Shown one piece after another: positions 24,353-38,424 of a stretch of 64,000 bases of DNA. The stretch covers positions 48,484,001 to 48,548,000 of the forward strand of contig OX597818.1 of the NCBI GenBank assembly GCA_951406725.2. Direction: 5' to 3'. Source of the stretch: Octopus vulgaris (Eukaryota). The notes beneath the pieces are model-generated. The model ran no database searches and was not told where the DNA came from. It saw only the letters and a program-made list of their open reading frames with translations. The position numbers and the translations under genes were made by a program. Position 1 is the first letter of the stretch, and each line of letters begins with the position of its first letter.

Positions 24353-24799
24353 CTCAACAAGATGTTCTACCCTCTTCCTTCCCTCATACTTTAACCCCAC
24401 ATCCTCTAGCTTAAAACCGTCCCTTTCCACCTTGAGATTTGCAGTCTTGCAACCTGTTCTAGTGGCATGGAAAAAGTACTCAATACATGGTGCAAAGTGG
24501 TTTGGGGTTAGGAAGAACATCTAGCTATAGGAACCATTGCTAAACAGACACTGGTGTATGATGCTGTTCTTTGACCCATCAGAATCTGTCAAACCATCCA
24601 TTTCGTATAAGCATTAGAACATGGACATTACATGAAGATGATGTCTATTGATATGCATTTCTTATACATTGTGTGTGTGTATGTATGTGTTTGTATTTAC
24701 ACACACACATACACACACATGTTCGAAAGAATAGTTCATGTTCCATGTACTCATGCTTCATACTTTTTTGTTGTACATGTTTCATGACGTCCTGTGCCC

Positions 24800-24804
24800 A
24801 TATA

Positions 24805-24855
<51 letters not shown>

Positions 24856-24862
24856 TTATATA

Positions 24863-24908
<46 letters not shown>

Positions 24909-25069
24909 CATGTATATATATATATACATATATATATATACATATACGTGTGTGTATATGTGTGTGTATATATATATATATATACATACATGTATATATA
25001 TATATATACATATATATATATACATATACGTGTGTGTATATGTGTGTGTGTGTATATATATATATATAT

Positions 25070-25100
<31 letters not shown>

Positions 25101-25143
25101 CATATATATATACATATACGTGTGTGTAAATGTGTGTGTGTGT
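24800..25143. repeat. Compound (TA)/(TG) microsatellite with higher-order periodicity
   Basis: The unit (TA)n-catacatgta-(TA)n-catatacgtgtgtg recurs about three times. Confidence 0.95.
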
Positions 25144-25569
25144 TAAAAATATATTAACTATATTTACAGGGCCTCAGTGGTATTGTGGCATTTTCTTTTT
25201 AATAATGGGTTATTAAAACATGAGTAATATTTTAAGGAAAAATAGAAACATGTATATATGTTACAAATGATGTCTGCATTGTGTTTGAAATGATAATGTC
25301 GAATTATCATGATTCCCATATTCCCTTTCACCAAATTAGCTAGCAACTGCATGCTTTATTTCGTGGGCAACACCAGGGAATATATTATATTTATGTATCT
25401 CACTTTCTCTTTCTACGCATTCATGCATATATATATGCATATCAAGACACTGAGCCTTATGAAGATGACTAAGGATTGAGATATCTGGTGCATTGCTGTA
25501 TTCAAGAAGACCTCCCCTCTACCTCACCAGAATTGATACTGATGCGGGTGCCACTTAAGAAAAAGGAAT

Positions 25570-25975
25570 CGGTACCACATTATCAGCACCCAGTACACTC
25601 TTTGGAATGGTTAGCATTAGGAAGGGCATCCAGCTGAAGGAACTATGCCAGAACAGATAGTGGAGCCTCGTGTGGCGCCTGGCCTTGACAGCTTGAGTCA
25701 AACTGTCCAACCCATGGAAAACGAACGTTAAATGATGATGATGATGATGATGATGATGATATTATCATTATACCAGTATAATGTACTGGTACCACATTAT
25801 AAGCACCCAATACACTCTCTATGGAATGGTTAGCATTAGGAAGGGCATCCAGCTGAAGAAACTATGCCAGATCAGACAATGGAGCCTCGTGTGGCCCCTG
25901 GCCTTAACAGCTTGAGTCAAACTGTCCAACCCATGCCAGCATGGAAAGCAAACCTTAAATGATGATGATGATATT
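25570..25975 (+). repeat. Tandem duplication (~220 bp) of an RTE-tail element plus flank
   Basis: ggtaccacattat.agcaccca.tacactct.t.tggaatggttagcattagg...gatgatgatattatcat occurs twice. Confidence 0.85.
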
Positions 25976-26204
25976 ATCATCATCGTCATTGATTTTAACA
26001 TCTACTTTTCCATGCTTGCATAGTCAACTGGAGTTTATTGAATCAGATTTATACAGTCAGATGCCCTTCATATTACCTACCACTTTGGTATTGGGTACAT
26101 TGTATTTTGGTACCAAAACTGTAGAGGTTGTTTTGCAACCACTTTAGAAATTGTTCTGGGTAAACACACACACATGTGTGCATAAATATTCATGTTTATA
26201 TATG

Positions 26205-26254
<50 letters not shown>

Positions 26255-26410
26255 AAAATGAAGTGTGTGTGTGTGTATATATATGTTTATATATGTATGT
26301 ATATGTTAATTTTTAGATATGTGTTTATGTATATATATATGATCATGCATATATATTTTTTTATGTTTATATAATATACATATATACATACATATATATG
26401 TGTGTGTGTG

Positions 26411-26830
26411 TAGGCACAGGAGTGGCTGTGTAGTAAGTAGCTTGTTTACCAACCACATGGTTCCAGGTTCAGTTCCACTGCACAGCACCTTGGGCAACTG
26501 TCTTTTACTATAGCCTCGGGCCGGCCAAAGCCTCGTGAATGGATTTGGTAAATGGAAACTAAAAGAAGCCTGTGGTGTATATATATATTACTTGTTTCAT
26601 TTGACTGTGTATATCTTTGCATTTATTTGTCTCTCATGACTGCTTCACAACTGGTGTTGCTGTGTTTACATCCCAGTAACTTAGCAGCTTGCCAAAAGAG
26701 GCTGATAGAATAATAAGTATCTGGCTTTAAAAAAAAATAAGTACTGAGGTCAATTTGTTCAACTGAAATTCTTCAAGTCAGTACTTCAGTATGGCTGCAA
26801 TCTAATGACTGAAAGAAGTAAAAGATAAAA
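26411..26830 (+). mobile_element. CORE-like tRNA SINE (diverged)
   Basis: Same head and tail as 9009-9432. Confidence 0.8.
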
Positions 26831-27129
26831 GATGCTACTGATTGATGATGCAAGCTGTCGTATAGGGGGTCCGTGAGAAGAATGAAGGATGGATGTTATA
26901 AGGAAACAGCTCAGGGAAGCGGGTGTAATGTTTGGCAGTATAGAAGGAATGAAGATATATGTAGAAATGGGTTCACAGCAGAAGAGTAATATAGTAGATA
27001 GAAGAGTGATAGGAGGATGACATAGGAACAACAAGTGTAAACTTGACAGGGACACATTGAGCAAGGGACCCAGATATGTGTATACACATTATGTGCATAT
27101 CACCTCTTTAATATCAGTTCCATAATCTT

Positions 27130-27990
27130 TGCTTAGATGGGAGGGTTTTCTCAAGGTCTGAATGTCCCCCATCATCTTCGTCCTTTGTCATTTCCTCTGT
27201 GAGGTTCAGTATATCTTGAGCTCAGTCATTGTTTTATTTCGTGCGTTCCTGGATTGCCTTCTTCCAAAGGTTCCATCCATTGTAAGCAATCAACACTTTT
27301 TCATTCAGCTGTCCTCATCTCACGTCCATACCAAATACATTCTTCTCTCTTACACTCTTCATTTGATTCCTTTTATACTGTTCTTCTCTCAACACATTTG
27401 CATTCTGTTGTTTGTGCACATTCAGAGGAGCATGCTTGCTTCATCTCCTTCTGATCTGTTTATGTCATATACATTCACTACCATGCAGCATTGCAGTTCA
27501 TACACAAGCATCATACAATGTGCTTTTCACTCTGAGAAAAAAACAAACCTTTTATTACCAAAGGAAATAATAACTTTCTGAACTTTCCCCAGTCTGTTCT
27601 TACTCTGGCACTACATTTTCAGAACAGTCTCCACTGTTAATTAGGTCACCTAGGTAACAAAAGCTATCAGCTACTTTTAAGGATCCTCCTGGGTATTTGA
27701 AAGAATTTATTTCCCCATGTGCTCTTAGTGTTCATTGCTCATGTATATATGCCACACACACAGTCTGCTTTCTCTGTTAACCTGCCTATGATTATACATT
27801 ACTTTGTATATCCATGGTTTGCGTTGGGTATACTTTGTTGATTTTACTACCTACTCTTTTTGCACATCTCAAGCAAAACCATTTTTCTGATGGAAGTAGG
27901 GTCCAGTGCGGTTTCCTACTTCCTAATATTGTAGTCTTTGTCAAGTTATGTTTGACACCCTTTGGTTCTCAGTATTGCTTCCATACTTGG
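27130..27990 (-). mobile_element. RTE LINE remnant
   Basis: Degenerate minus-strand frames containing DSFCYLGDLI and a C-terminal G..GRRQSRN segment; homologous to 36620-37450. Confidence 0.65.
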
Positions 27991-28343
27991 GGAAACAGGA
28001 CATAATTGGTTACATAAGGGATCTGGTTGTAAAAAATCTGCCTCAAAAACTCTCTGTGTTCCATGCAGCAGGAGAAAGCAGACATAAAATGATGATGGAT
28101 ATAGAAAGCACTAATTGTTCAATGTAAGGCCATAGATTCGTAAAGGTGCTTGACTTAGTGGTTAGGGTATTTGGCTCACTATTGTAAGGCCCCGAGTTCA
28201 ATTCCTAGCAGTATGTTGTGTCCTTAAGCAAGAAACTTTATTTCATGTTGCTCCAGTCCTCTCAGCTGGTAAAAATGAGTTGTACCTGTATTTCCACATT
28301 CTGTGTGTTCCCTGAGAACTACATTAAGGGTATGCTCAGTCAT

Positions 28344-28576
28344 AAGGCGGCGAGATGGCAGAACCGTTAGCACGCCGGACAAAATGCATAGCCGTATTTC
28401 GTCTGCCGCTACGTTCTGAGTTCAAATTCCGCTGAGGTCAACTTTGCCTTTCATCCTTTCGGGGTCGATTAAATAAGTACCAGTTACACACTGGGTTCGA
28501 TATAATCGACTTAATCCATTTGTCTGTCCTTGTTTGTCCTCTCTGTGTTTAGCCGCTTGTGGGTAGTAAAGAAATA
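28344..28576 (+). mobile_element. Full Nin-domain SINE nested in another SINE, 15-bp TSD
   Basis: TSD ggtatgctcagtcat (28329-28343) / ggtatgctcagccat (28577-28591). Confidence 0.9.
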
Positions 28577-29388
28577 GGTATGCTCAGCCATTCGCATGTA
28601 AATTTCATGAGCAGGCTGTTTCCATTGATTGGATCAGTTGGAACGCTCGTATCCCAATGAAAAACCAGTGAGACCAAATATGTAGTAACGAGGTACAATG
28701 TTATATACATTTAATGTTGTATATTGTAATCAACGAATGGTCATGAAGGAGGTATTGGATTCAAAGAAGATGTTTGTATTGTTGAATTTAAAAAGATAAA
28801 GCTGTAAAAGATGTAATTGTTAAAAGGCAACGGATATTAAAAATAGACATGAAATATAAGCCAGATAATTGTTTGTAATTCTTCAGTAAATTAAAACATA
28901 AAAACAGAACTAGTGAGGGGGGGAAAAAAGAATGAAAAAAATTAATTATGGAAATGACAGACAGAAATCATAGTTTGCGTTTTAGATGTTTAAACCAGGA
29001 ATGCCTGAAAAAAGAAAAAAAGAAAAGGCACTAAAAAGTAAAGGAAGAATAAATGAAAGAATGAAATGCAATTATAATTTTCTGTTGTGTAAAATGAGAA
29101 TTGAATTCAAACAAGATTTCCATAAATGTGTGCTTCAAATTACAATGAAAGTGCACTGAGAGAATTTGCAAATAGCTGGAAGTGAAGCTGAGTTCTGAAA
29201 ATGCTCTAAAAATTCCAGAAGATGGAATTTATATTCTAACACACACACACACATTTAGAACATGGATGTTAAAGGATGATGATATATATTGATCAACATC
29301 ATCAACCATGCAGGCATAAGTTGGATAGTTTGACAGGATCTGACGACTGTATGATGCTCCAATGCCTGCTTTGCCAAGGTATCTACAA

Positions 29389-29571
29389 GCGGTAATTCGT
29401 CTGCCGTTACGTTGTGAGTTCAAATTCTGCCGAGGTCGACTTTGCCTTTCATCCTTTCGGGGTTGATAAATTAAGTACCAGTTATGCACTGGGGTCGATG
29501 TAATCGACTTAATACCTATGTCTGTCCTTGTTTGTCCCCTCTGTTTAGCCCCTTGTGGGTAATAAAGAAAT
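29389..29571 (+). mobile_element. 5'-truncated Nin-domain SINE, 12-bp TSD
   Basis: TSD aggtatctacaa at 29377-29388 and 29572-29583. Confidence 0.88.
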
Positions 29572-31473
29572 AGGTATCTACAACTGGATGTCCTTCCTAG
29601 TTTTAGGATGGGTATCCTAATACTTATCACTTTACAGAGTGTATCAGTGAGGTTGCCATGCAACTTGTAAGTCTCAGATCCCCTTTTACTGAGTCGGGCT
29701 ACAGTGGAAAAATAGCAGCTTCATGTTAGGATATATGTATGTGTGTGCGTGCGTGGGGAGCGGGTCCCCATTATTCTGTGGTAAGTGGGTAAATCAGGAA
29801 CAGGTAATCCAGTTTGATCCAAGAATTGGTCTTATGCCTTCTGAAGAAGTATTTGTGCAAAAACAAATAAGGTTTATAATTTAACTTTATATGGCACCCA
29901 ACTGAATTAACATTTACTTGAAATACAGTCATTTTCATTTGTTAACAATGGCTTATGCATTTCTTTATTGAACATTCCGTAAACTTTTCTGACAAAAGAG
30001 GAAAGAAATCCAGTGAGATTCAGTCAAATCCCCTCCCCATGGAAACAAAAGAAAAACAAGAAAAAAAAGTCGAGGGGTATTAAGCTGCAGAAGCTGGGAG
30101 CAAGAGTAATGGGTTGTAGACCCCAGACCAAATGGCGTGGTCAACTGTGCCTTGTGGATATAATTGCAAAGGCCTTGCTGCAAAGAATGGCCACCAACAC
30201 TTGTTGTCACAGCCACCCCCATCTTGTAGGGCTCATTTATTAGATGGGCTGCAGTTAGTCCGATTTTGCGGAGGAAATCAGCATGTCTAACCTGTATGTA
30301 TTTAGGCTACCAGAGCCATTAGTGCACTGGACAAAATGCTTAGCGGCATTTTGTCCCATCTTTAAATTCTGAGTTCAAATCACACCAAGGTCGACTTTGC
30401 CTTTTGTCCTTTTGGGGTCGATAAATCAAGTACCAGTGAAACACTGGTAATCAATTAGCCCCTTCCTACAAAATTTCAGGCCTTGTGCTTTTAGCGGAGA
30501 GGATTTTATATGAATTTTTAATGATTCCTTTAAATCAAAATTCCCATTTGCGTGTGGTGGTGGTGATGTTTTTTACCCTACTATTAGCCTGTATCTGAAA
30601 TTTCGCTCAAGTATTCTTTTAAATTACTCTATTGTTAGTTTGTATAATATATTTTATTACAACTTACATGATTCCTTTAGCAATTTACCTCAATCTCAGT
30701 GGGTTTTTTTTATGGTATTTAGTAATTTAATAGTTTTATATGCAAACAAAAACGTGTCACATTTATACTATTACTTAAAAAGTTTTCCTTTTACTTATTA
30801 TATATTTTAATGTATTGTTCTGATCTGACGCTTAACATATACATGGTTCTTATGGAGAATATTGTAAATGTATTTTGTTTGCAAAATTCTTGATATGAAC
30901 TTGTGTGTTGAAACAGATTTTGTTGTCGGAGACAGACGTGGAGTAGAGATGACATGCCATTGATGAGATTGCATATGGTGATGAACGGACTCTCATGAAT
31001 CTAATTGATTGTCTGAACGATCAATTAGTTAATTAGTTAAATGGCTAATTTACTATTACTAGTAATGATGATGATAAAAGAAGTGAACTAGAACCAGTGC
31101 ATGTGTTTATTATTGGCATAATAATTCTCCTGTGATACAATAAAATTATAGATTATTTTTACCTACATCTTTGTATGTGACATGTCTATTAATTTACATT
31201 CCCTCATGTACATATACTAATTCAGAAATATAAAAGTTTTTCTCTTACAAATTCCAATTGGAACCTTATCAGTTATTAGAATAAAACAACCCATTTAACT
31301 TATCATCTGCCCAAATTACTTACTCCAAGGTAAATTTTCAAACTTGACCAAATACTGATCTATATTCACTTAATTTTTTTCTTCCTTTCCCTCCTAACCT
31401 TATCTTCTACCTACCTCTTGATTTTTATACTTAAAGTTTTTTTTTTAAGCTTTGAACTTCTTCATCAGTGTGC

Positions 31474-31927
31474 TTAACCCTTTAGCATTCAGGTTATTCT
31501 GTCAAACGTAATGCTTTTTTATTCAAATTGTTTAAAATTAATCCTGTGTTATCCTATAGCTTTGAAGTTTCACTGATGTGGTTATTTATTTTTAGAATGT
31601 TAGTGTAGGTTAGGTGTGAGAGGCTTGGAATGGCCAGTTTGAATGTAAAACAAGTAGAATATTTGGGCTGGAAAAGGCCAGTTTAACCCTTTTGATACTA
31701 ACACGGCCAAAACCAGCTCTGGCTCTGTACTACAAATGTCTTGTTTTCATAAGTTTTTCATTAAAATATACCACCAAACCTTAGTCACAATTTATGATCC
31801 TAACACTAGCTGAATGATAACTAAGTTATGTTACTAAATTCTTTGTTATATTTAAAGTAATTGAAAGAAACACAGAGCATTTCAAAATGAATATGGTAAC
31901 GAAAGGGTTAAATGCTAAAGTGTTTAG
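31474..31927. mobile_element. piggyBac MITE family B with a family A MITE (31683-31911) nested in it
   Basis: The outer element's gtTTAAatgct site (intact at ~53886) is split, with TTAA duplicated on both sides of the inner MITE. Confidence 0.88.
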
Positions 31928-32534
31928 TTTGTCAAAAGTTCTAGGACACTCAAAGCCAGAGATTAATCTGGTTTTCATGCTGTACAAAGTAACTGAGATC
32001 ACCCTCCACCTGCATCTGAACAGGACATCAGTTCATTGCAGGATTAACTTCTCAGCTTTTGTTGGAACTCATTTACAGTTGAGTGGACTGGAGCAATCTC
32101 AAATGAAGTGTTTTGCTCATGAACATGATGTACAGCTCGGTCTAGGAATCAAAACCACAATCTTATGATCATGAGTGCAACACCCTAACCAGCAGGCCAT
32201 GTGCCTTCACCATCAGAGTGCTACCACCAATAAAAAGAAAAATCTTTACCTTGCAAATTTTGTAATACACATTAAACACTCCCTACACATCTTTTAATTA
32301 GGCATTCCTAATACACATAAAACACTACCTACACATCTTTTAATTAGGCATTCCTAATCATTTCTCTGATTTTCCTGTATAAATACCTGAAAATATAGCC
32401 TTTTTCACTGATTGAATAAGCCACTAGGTGAAACTTGAAGTCCTACTCAACTCAAACTTGGTAATAAATTTGACTCTACTCTCATTGTTGAGTTACCCTG
32501 TCTGTAAATATTCCATTTTATTCTGAACCTTGCT

Positions 32535-32762
32535 TTAACCCTTTCATTATCAACCTGGCTGAAACCAGCTCTGGCTCTGAGTACAAATGTCTTGTTTTCA
32601 TAAGTTTTGAATTAAAATCTTCCACCAAACCTTAGTCATAATTTATGTTCCTAACACTAGCTTAATGATAATTAAGTTATTTTACTAATTTCTTTGTTAT
32701 ATTTAAAGTAATTGAAAGAAACACAGAACATCTCAAAATAAATACAGTAACGAAAAGGTTAA
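32535..32762. mobile_element. piggyBac-type MITE family A
   Basis: TTAACCCTTTC...cgaaaagg-TTAA. Confidence 0.85.
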
Positions 32763-33118
32763 AATATTAACTTGCATTTAACAATTTATTTGTATATCAT
32801 AATCGTTTTAACTTCTGCTTTTCCATGCTTGCATGCATCAAATGAAATTTGTCGAGACAGATTTTCTATGGCTGCATGCTCTTCCTGTCACCAGCTCTCA
32901 CCTCTTTCTTCTAGGCCAGACACAACAAAGACTGCAAATGAATGACACCATTTGTATGATAGTGGCACTGTTTACATTTAGCATGCAATGTCATTATATA
33001 GAAACAAGAACACACACGTATATGTTTGTGTGCATTTGTTATAGACTACTTACAATTTCCATGTACCTGTTCCACAAGGTATTGATTAACATGTATGTAT
33101 GTGTACATACACACACCT

Positions 33119-33351
33119 ATTTCTTTACTACCCACAAGGGGCTAAACACAGAGAGGACAAACAAGGACAGACAAATGGATTAAGTCGATTATATCGATCC
33201 CAGTGCGTAACTGGTACTTATTTAATTGACCCCGAAAGGATGAAAGGCAAAGTCGACCTTAGTGGAATTTGAACTCAGAACGTAACGGCAGACGAAATAC
33301 GGCTACGCATTTCACCCGGCGTGCTAACGTTTCTGCCAGCTTGCCGCCTTA
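33119..33351 (-). mobile_element. Full Nin-domain SINE, ~14-bp TSD
   Basis: TSD acatacacacacct (33105-33118) / acatacacatacct (33352-33365). Confidence 0.9.
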
Positions 33352-33469
33352 ACATACACATACCTTCTATATGTGTGTATATGTTCATGTGTGTAGTCAA
33401 ACTATATTACAGTTTCACTATTATAGCACATACTTGCATGTGTGTGAAGAAACTGACATTATAAAATCT

Positions 33470-33864
33470 ATAATGATAATAATGGTTTCAAATTTTGGCA
33501 CAAGGCTAGCAACTTTGGAGAAAGGGTAAGTCATTTACATCGACCCCCAGTGTGCAACTGGTACTTATTTTTTCAACCCTGAAAGAATGAAAGGCAAAGT
33601 TAGCCTTTGTGGAATTTGAACCCAGAATGTAAGGGCAGATGAAATACCTCTAAGTATTTTGCCTATACAACAGGAATAATAACAATGGTTTCAAATTTTG
33701 GCACAAGGCCAGCAATTTTGGGGCAGAGAGTAAGCCGATTACATCGACCCCAGTGTTCAACTGGTAATTATTTTATGAACCCTGAAAGGCTGAAAGATGA
33801 AGTTGACTTTGCTGGAATTTGAACTCAGAATGTAACGTGTGAATGATTTTTGCAGCTTGCTGTC

Positions 33865-33895
<31 letters not shown>

Positions 33896-34016
33896 CCTTT
33901 CTACTATAGGCACAAGGCTTGAAATTTTGGGGGAGAGAACTAGTTGATTACATTGACGCCAGTGTTTCACTGGTACTTAATTTATTGACCCCGAAAGGAT
34001 GAAAAGCAAAGTCGAC

Positions 34017-34055
<39 letters not shown>

Positions 34056-34060
34056 TAACA
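33470..34060 (-). mobile_element. Array of three truncated Nin-SINE variants separated by (AAT)n
   Basis: Repeated ggcacaaggc...cgaccccagtg...ctggtactta...gaaaggatgaaaggcaaagt units with an alternative tail. Confidence 0.8.
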
Positions 34061-35403
34061 ATACTAGAACACCTACAAAATCATTGAACAGCTGCAAAAG
34101 TTCTCCACAGGGTTTTTGAAGCATGATCAGTAAACAAGTGTCACCTTAATCTGCTGGCTGTGGGCAGCTAACACTTTCCATTATACCCAGTAAAATAAGC
34201 TGAGAGTTTTTATCAAATAATATTATTATTATTAATAATAATAACTGTATATGATATAATTGAGAGTTATCACAATTTCTATGAATATATATAATGCCTA
34301 TAGTTAAAATATGAAATACTTTTACCACACAATTCTAGTGAACAGATTGGTTATTTTGGTGTAAATTAATAAGTCATAATGGTGTCAACTGTGTATTATG
34401 TCCCACCCTTAGACGACTTTTCTATTGTATGACTATAATTTAACTCAGCCACAATTTTCTATTTGTAAACTTTTGTGTATTATGTAGCTGGTGTCAATTT
34501 ACACTTAGCACAAAATTATAAGTCTTATATATATATATGAAGTATTATGAAGCAATTTCTCCAATAGAGTATACCCAGTGGTGTAAATGGTTAGAGACAG
34601 GATGGTTTCTAACCTTAGAAACCATGCCAAAAAACAGAATTTATCAGCAAGATATGTGCTTTGCAAATTGCATTGCAGGTTAGCTGTTTGGGTGAGCAGT
34701 AACCCTGGATAACAGCTGATGCACGCTGTAATGATGGGTAAAACCCATGTCATTATGAACTAACAGGCGTGAAAATGATGGTGTTGAAACACACATACAT
34801 ATATGATAATATATATATAATGTATTTATAATACATGTGCACACACACACACATTCAATACCTGCATATACCAAAGTATATTAATTATGTTATTTTATGT
34901 TATTAAATATTATTATATTATTTCATATTATTAAGTGATACTTATCTCTTGTTGGATGGAGTACTTTAGTTGATCCTATCAACAATGGAACAGTACACTA
35001 TTAATTATAGTATATGCATAACTACCCTGCCTTCCATATTACAGAAGCACTGCATTTTGGTAAGTCTCGCCACAATGTGAAATTCTGTAGCATGAAACCA
35101 TTTCTTTATATTGATTTCTATGTAACATGGAAGTCAATAGAAAATGGGTTTTGTAGTACAGCAAAATTTTCAGGGATGCAGTATTTCCATGAATCAGAGA
35201 TATCTCTTTGTGTGTGTGCGTGTGTGTGTGTACGACTGGTTTCTTTCAGTTTCCATCTAGCAAATCTATTCACAAGGCTTTTTAATTGGCCTGTGGCTAT
35301 AGCAGAAGACTCTTATCAGGGTGCCATACAGTGGGACTGTGCTCAAAACCATGTGGTTGTGAAGCAGACTTCTTACTGCACAGTCATGCCTGTGCCTATA
35401 CAT

Positions 35404-35466
<63 letters not shown>

Positions 35467-35692
35467 TTATGGCTGCCCCCTCGTTATCGAGTATGGCCAT
35501 TGCACGAAGCTTAACTGTTACTGGTGCTGTGATCGAATGTGACGTTTTAGCCCAGCTAAAGATCTACAATGTCTTGTACAAAATTGACAACTAAAACCTT
35601 TACTGGTAATAGCCGGCTGTAGTTGTAACTGGGCTTCATGTACCTTTGCATGTCATTTAAGTCCTCTTGCCGAATTACACTCTCTTCCACAA

Positions 35693-35724
<32 letters not shown>

Positions 35725-36399
35725 AAGAGAGAGAAAAGAAGGAAAGCAAGAAGTAAAAATGTAAGTTAAACTTTGGTTTACCCACATTTTTACAGCAAGT
35801 TCTAAAATACAGGTTTCATATAAATACTTCTAAGTGTCATAGCTGATAGACCTTCCTAACAGCAGCCACTTCACTGGATGCATTTTATTGTGGCATCAGC
35901 ACTGGTGAGGTTGTCCTGTCCTTCACAAGCCAAGATTAAAGGGTCCTCTTGATCCTGTGTTGCCTTTGTTCATTTGTTGATCATTTTATAGTTTACTGTG
36001 AATTTTTTTGTGGCACCAGCACTAATAAGATTGTCTTGTATCTATCAAGACGAAAAGTACTTTGCATTGTCACTGTTTTAATTAAAAAAAGTGATGTAAG
36101 GGAGATGCAGCAGCAACAAGCAGTTTAGAGTGTTAAGTGGAGGGATATATAGGATACCAACTGATTTGATGCAACCCTTCTTTACTCGGGCAGATGATAA
36201 GGAGTGTGGAGTTGAGATCTAATACTTTCCTTGTTACATAGATTGCATGGTGCAGTGAATACAAAAGGGGCAACTGATAGAAGAAAAGGTATTGAATAGA
36301 TAAGAGGGATAAGCAGGAAAACTTACCAAAAAGCCTAAATGTGTGTATATATATATATATATATATATTTATTATATATCCAACTATATATTATATACT

Positions 36400-36562
36400 A
36401 CACTCATAGAGTGGTTGGCGTTAGGAAGGGCATCCAGCTGTAGAAACACTGCCAGATCAGACTGGAGCCTGGTGCAGCCTCCTGGCTTCCTAGACCCCAG
36501 TCGAACCGTCCAACCCGTGCTAGCACGGAAAACGGACGTTAAACGATGATGATGATGATGAT
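36400..36562 (+). mobile_element. RTE-tail retroposon (5'-truncated)
   Basis: Family tail ending ggacgttaaac(gat)n. Confidence 0.85.
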
Positions 36563-36619
36563 CCAAGTCTCCAGCATTACCTCTATTTTAACATACATTT
36601 TGCCATGCTTGCATAATTG

Positions 36620-37885
36620 ACTGAGGCCTTTCCAGCACTAGTGTTGCCAGTTGCCATGGTCTTTCATCATCTGCTACACAAGATGAAATATTTTCACATC
36701 TGTCTTTACCATTTAGTCCCAACTCCTCCTCTTCCTATTCAATTTGTGCACTTGGCACTTCTTTATATAGTTGTCCTCGTCCATACATATCAAATGCCCA
36801 TAACAATGCAGACTTCTCTCTTGTACTCTTCATCTGATTCATCTTGTATCCAGTTCCCTCTCTTCTCATTTGTACTCCATAGTCTATGCACACTGATGTT
36901 ACACATCCAGCAAAGCATGTTCACTTTGTTTCTTTTTGGTTTTCACAAATTCTCTGCAATCAAGCCCCACATCTAAATACTATGCAGCATTGGACTTTGT
37001 ACACAAACATCAAGCAATGCTTTTTACACTGTGAGAGAAGCCCATTGTTGCTAGAAGAGGTAATGCATCCCTGAACTTTTCCCAAAGTATTCTTTGATGG
37101 GCTATTATGCTCTCAGAACACCCACTCCCTACTGATACTAATGTTACTTAGGTAGCAGATTCTATCAACTACTTTTAGGGAGCTACCCAGGCATTTGAGA
37201 GAATATGTTTCTTGCTTACTCTTCGTGTTTATTGCCCTGTGAACCTGTTACATATGAAGTCTTATCCTCTCTGGTAGACTGTCACTGATTCCAATACAGC
37301 ACTTGTATGTCTACTGCTTACTCTGGGTGTACCATGTGGAGTTCTCTATATTGAGCATGGTTATTTTCCTGATGGTAGCAGAGTCCTGTCTTCTTTCCTA
37401 CTTACTAATACTTTAATCTTTACTAAATTTACTTTGAGGCCTCTTGGTTTTAGCTTAGGTTTTGCTTTCACGTCTGAAATTCTTCTCTAAATATACAACA
37501 GATGCAACTATAATAACTAGGTCATCAGCATATAGGAGTTCTCACAGACAGCCAGTTTTAAACAACTTTGTTATAGCTTGGAGGACTGTAATGAACAAAT
37601 AGGGGCTGAGGACACAGGGAAGGATTTTACAGACTCCTACCTTAACATGAAATTTGTTGCTAAACTCATTGATGACTCACCTTGCTGACTATACTTCTGT
37701 ACAATCAGCTTATGTATTCTCACAGGCTATTCATCTACCACTAGCTTCCTCAGAGACCACCACATTACTGAACATAGAACACTGTTAAAAGCCTTTTCTA
37801 GATCAACAAATACCAGGTATAAGTGGATTATTCTTGGCTAAATACTTCTCCGTTTGTTTCACTTGGAAGATGGCATTAGCTGTAC
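36620..37885 (-). mobile_element. RTE LINE reverse transcriptase pseudogene fragment
   Basis: Minus strand FVDLEKAFNSV, LSPYLFITVLQAIT and ELLYADDL (YADD at 37521-37532), with many stops and frameshifts. Confidence 0.8.
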
Positions 37886-38105
37886 ATGTGAGTGTGTATA
37901 TAACATATACATATACATGTGCATGTGTATATATATCATTTTCCTCATTATCATTATTTTGACATCCACTTTTCCATGCTCACCTGGATCAGATGTAATT
38001 TGCTGAGGTAGATTTTCTATGGCTGGATGCCCTTTCTGTCACCAACCTTTACTTGTTTCCAAGTAAGGTGATATTTCCCTGTGACCAGACCTGTTTCCAC
38101 AGACA

Positions 38106-38154
<49 letters not shown>

Positions 38155-38313
38155 TGCATACATGTGTGTGTGTGTATGTGTGATTAAGATGTTCACTTTG
38201 CGACCATGTGGGTCTAGGTTCAATCCCATTGCACATCACTGGACAAGTATCTTCTACTATGGCTCCATTTTGACTTCTGAATGAATTTGATAGATGGAAA
38301 TTGAAGGAAGTTT

Positions 38314-38348
<35 letters not shown>

Positions 38349-38424
38349 ATCCAAGCATGAAAACACAACAACGCGAGGACATGGAACAAGTATAGTATTA
38401 TTGGATGCTCAGGAAAGAAGGAGG

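Noticed and set aside
24645-25157. YIYI- and LSIY-type ORFs here and at 19524-19886 and 21426-22186
   Set aside because: Stop-free microsatellite translations.
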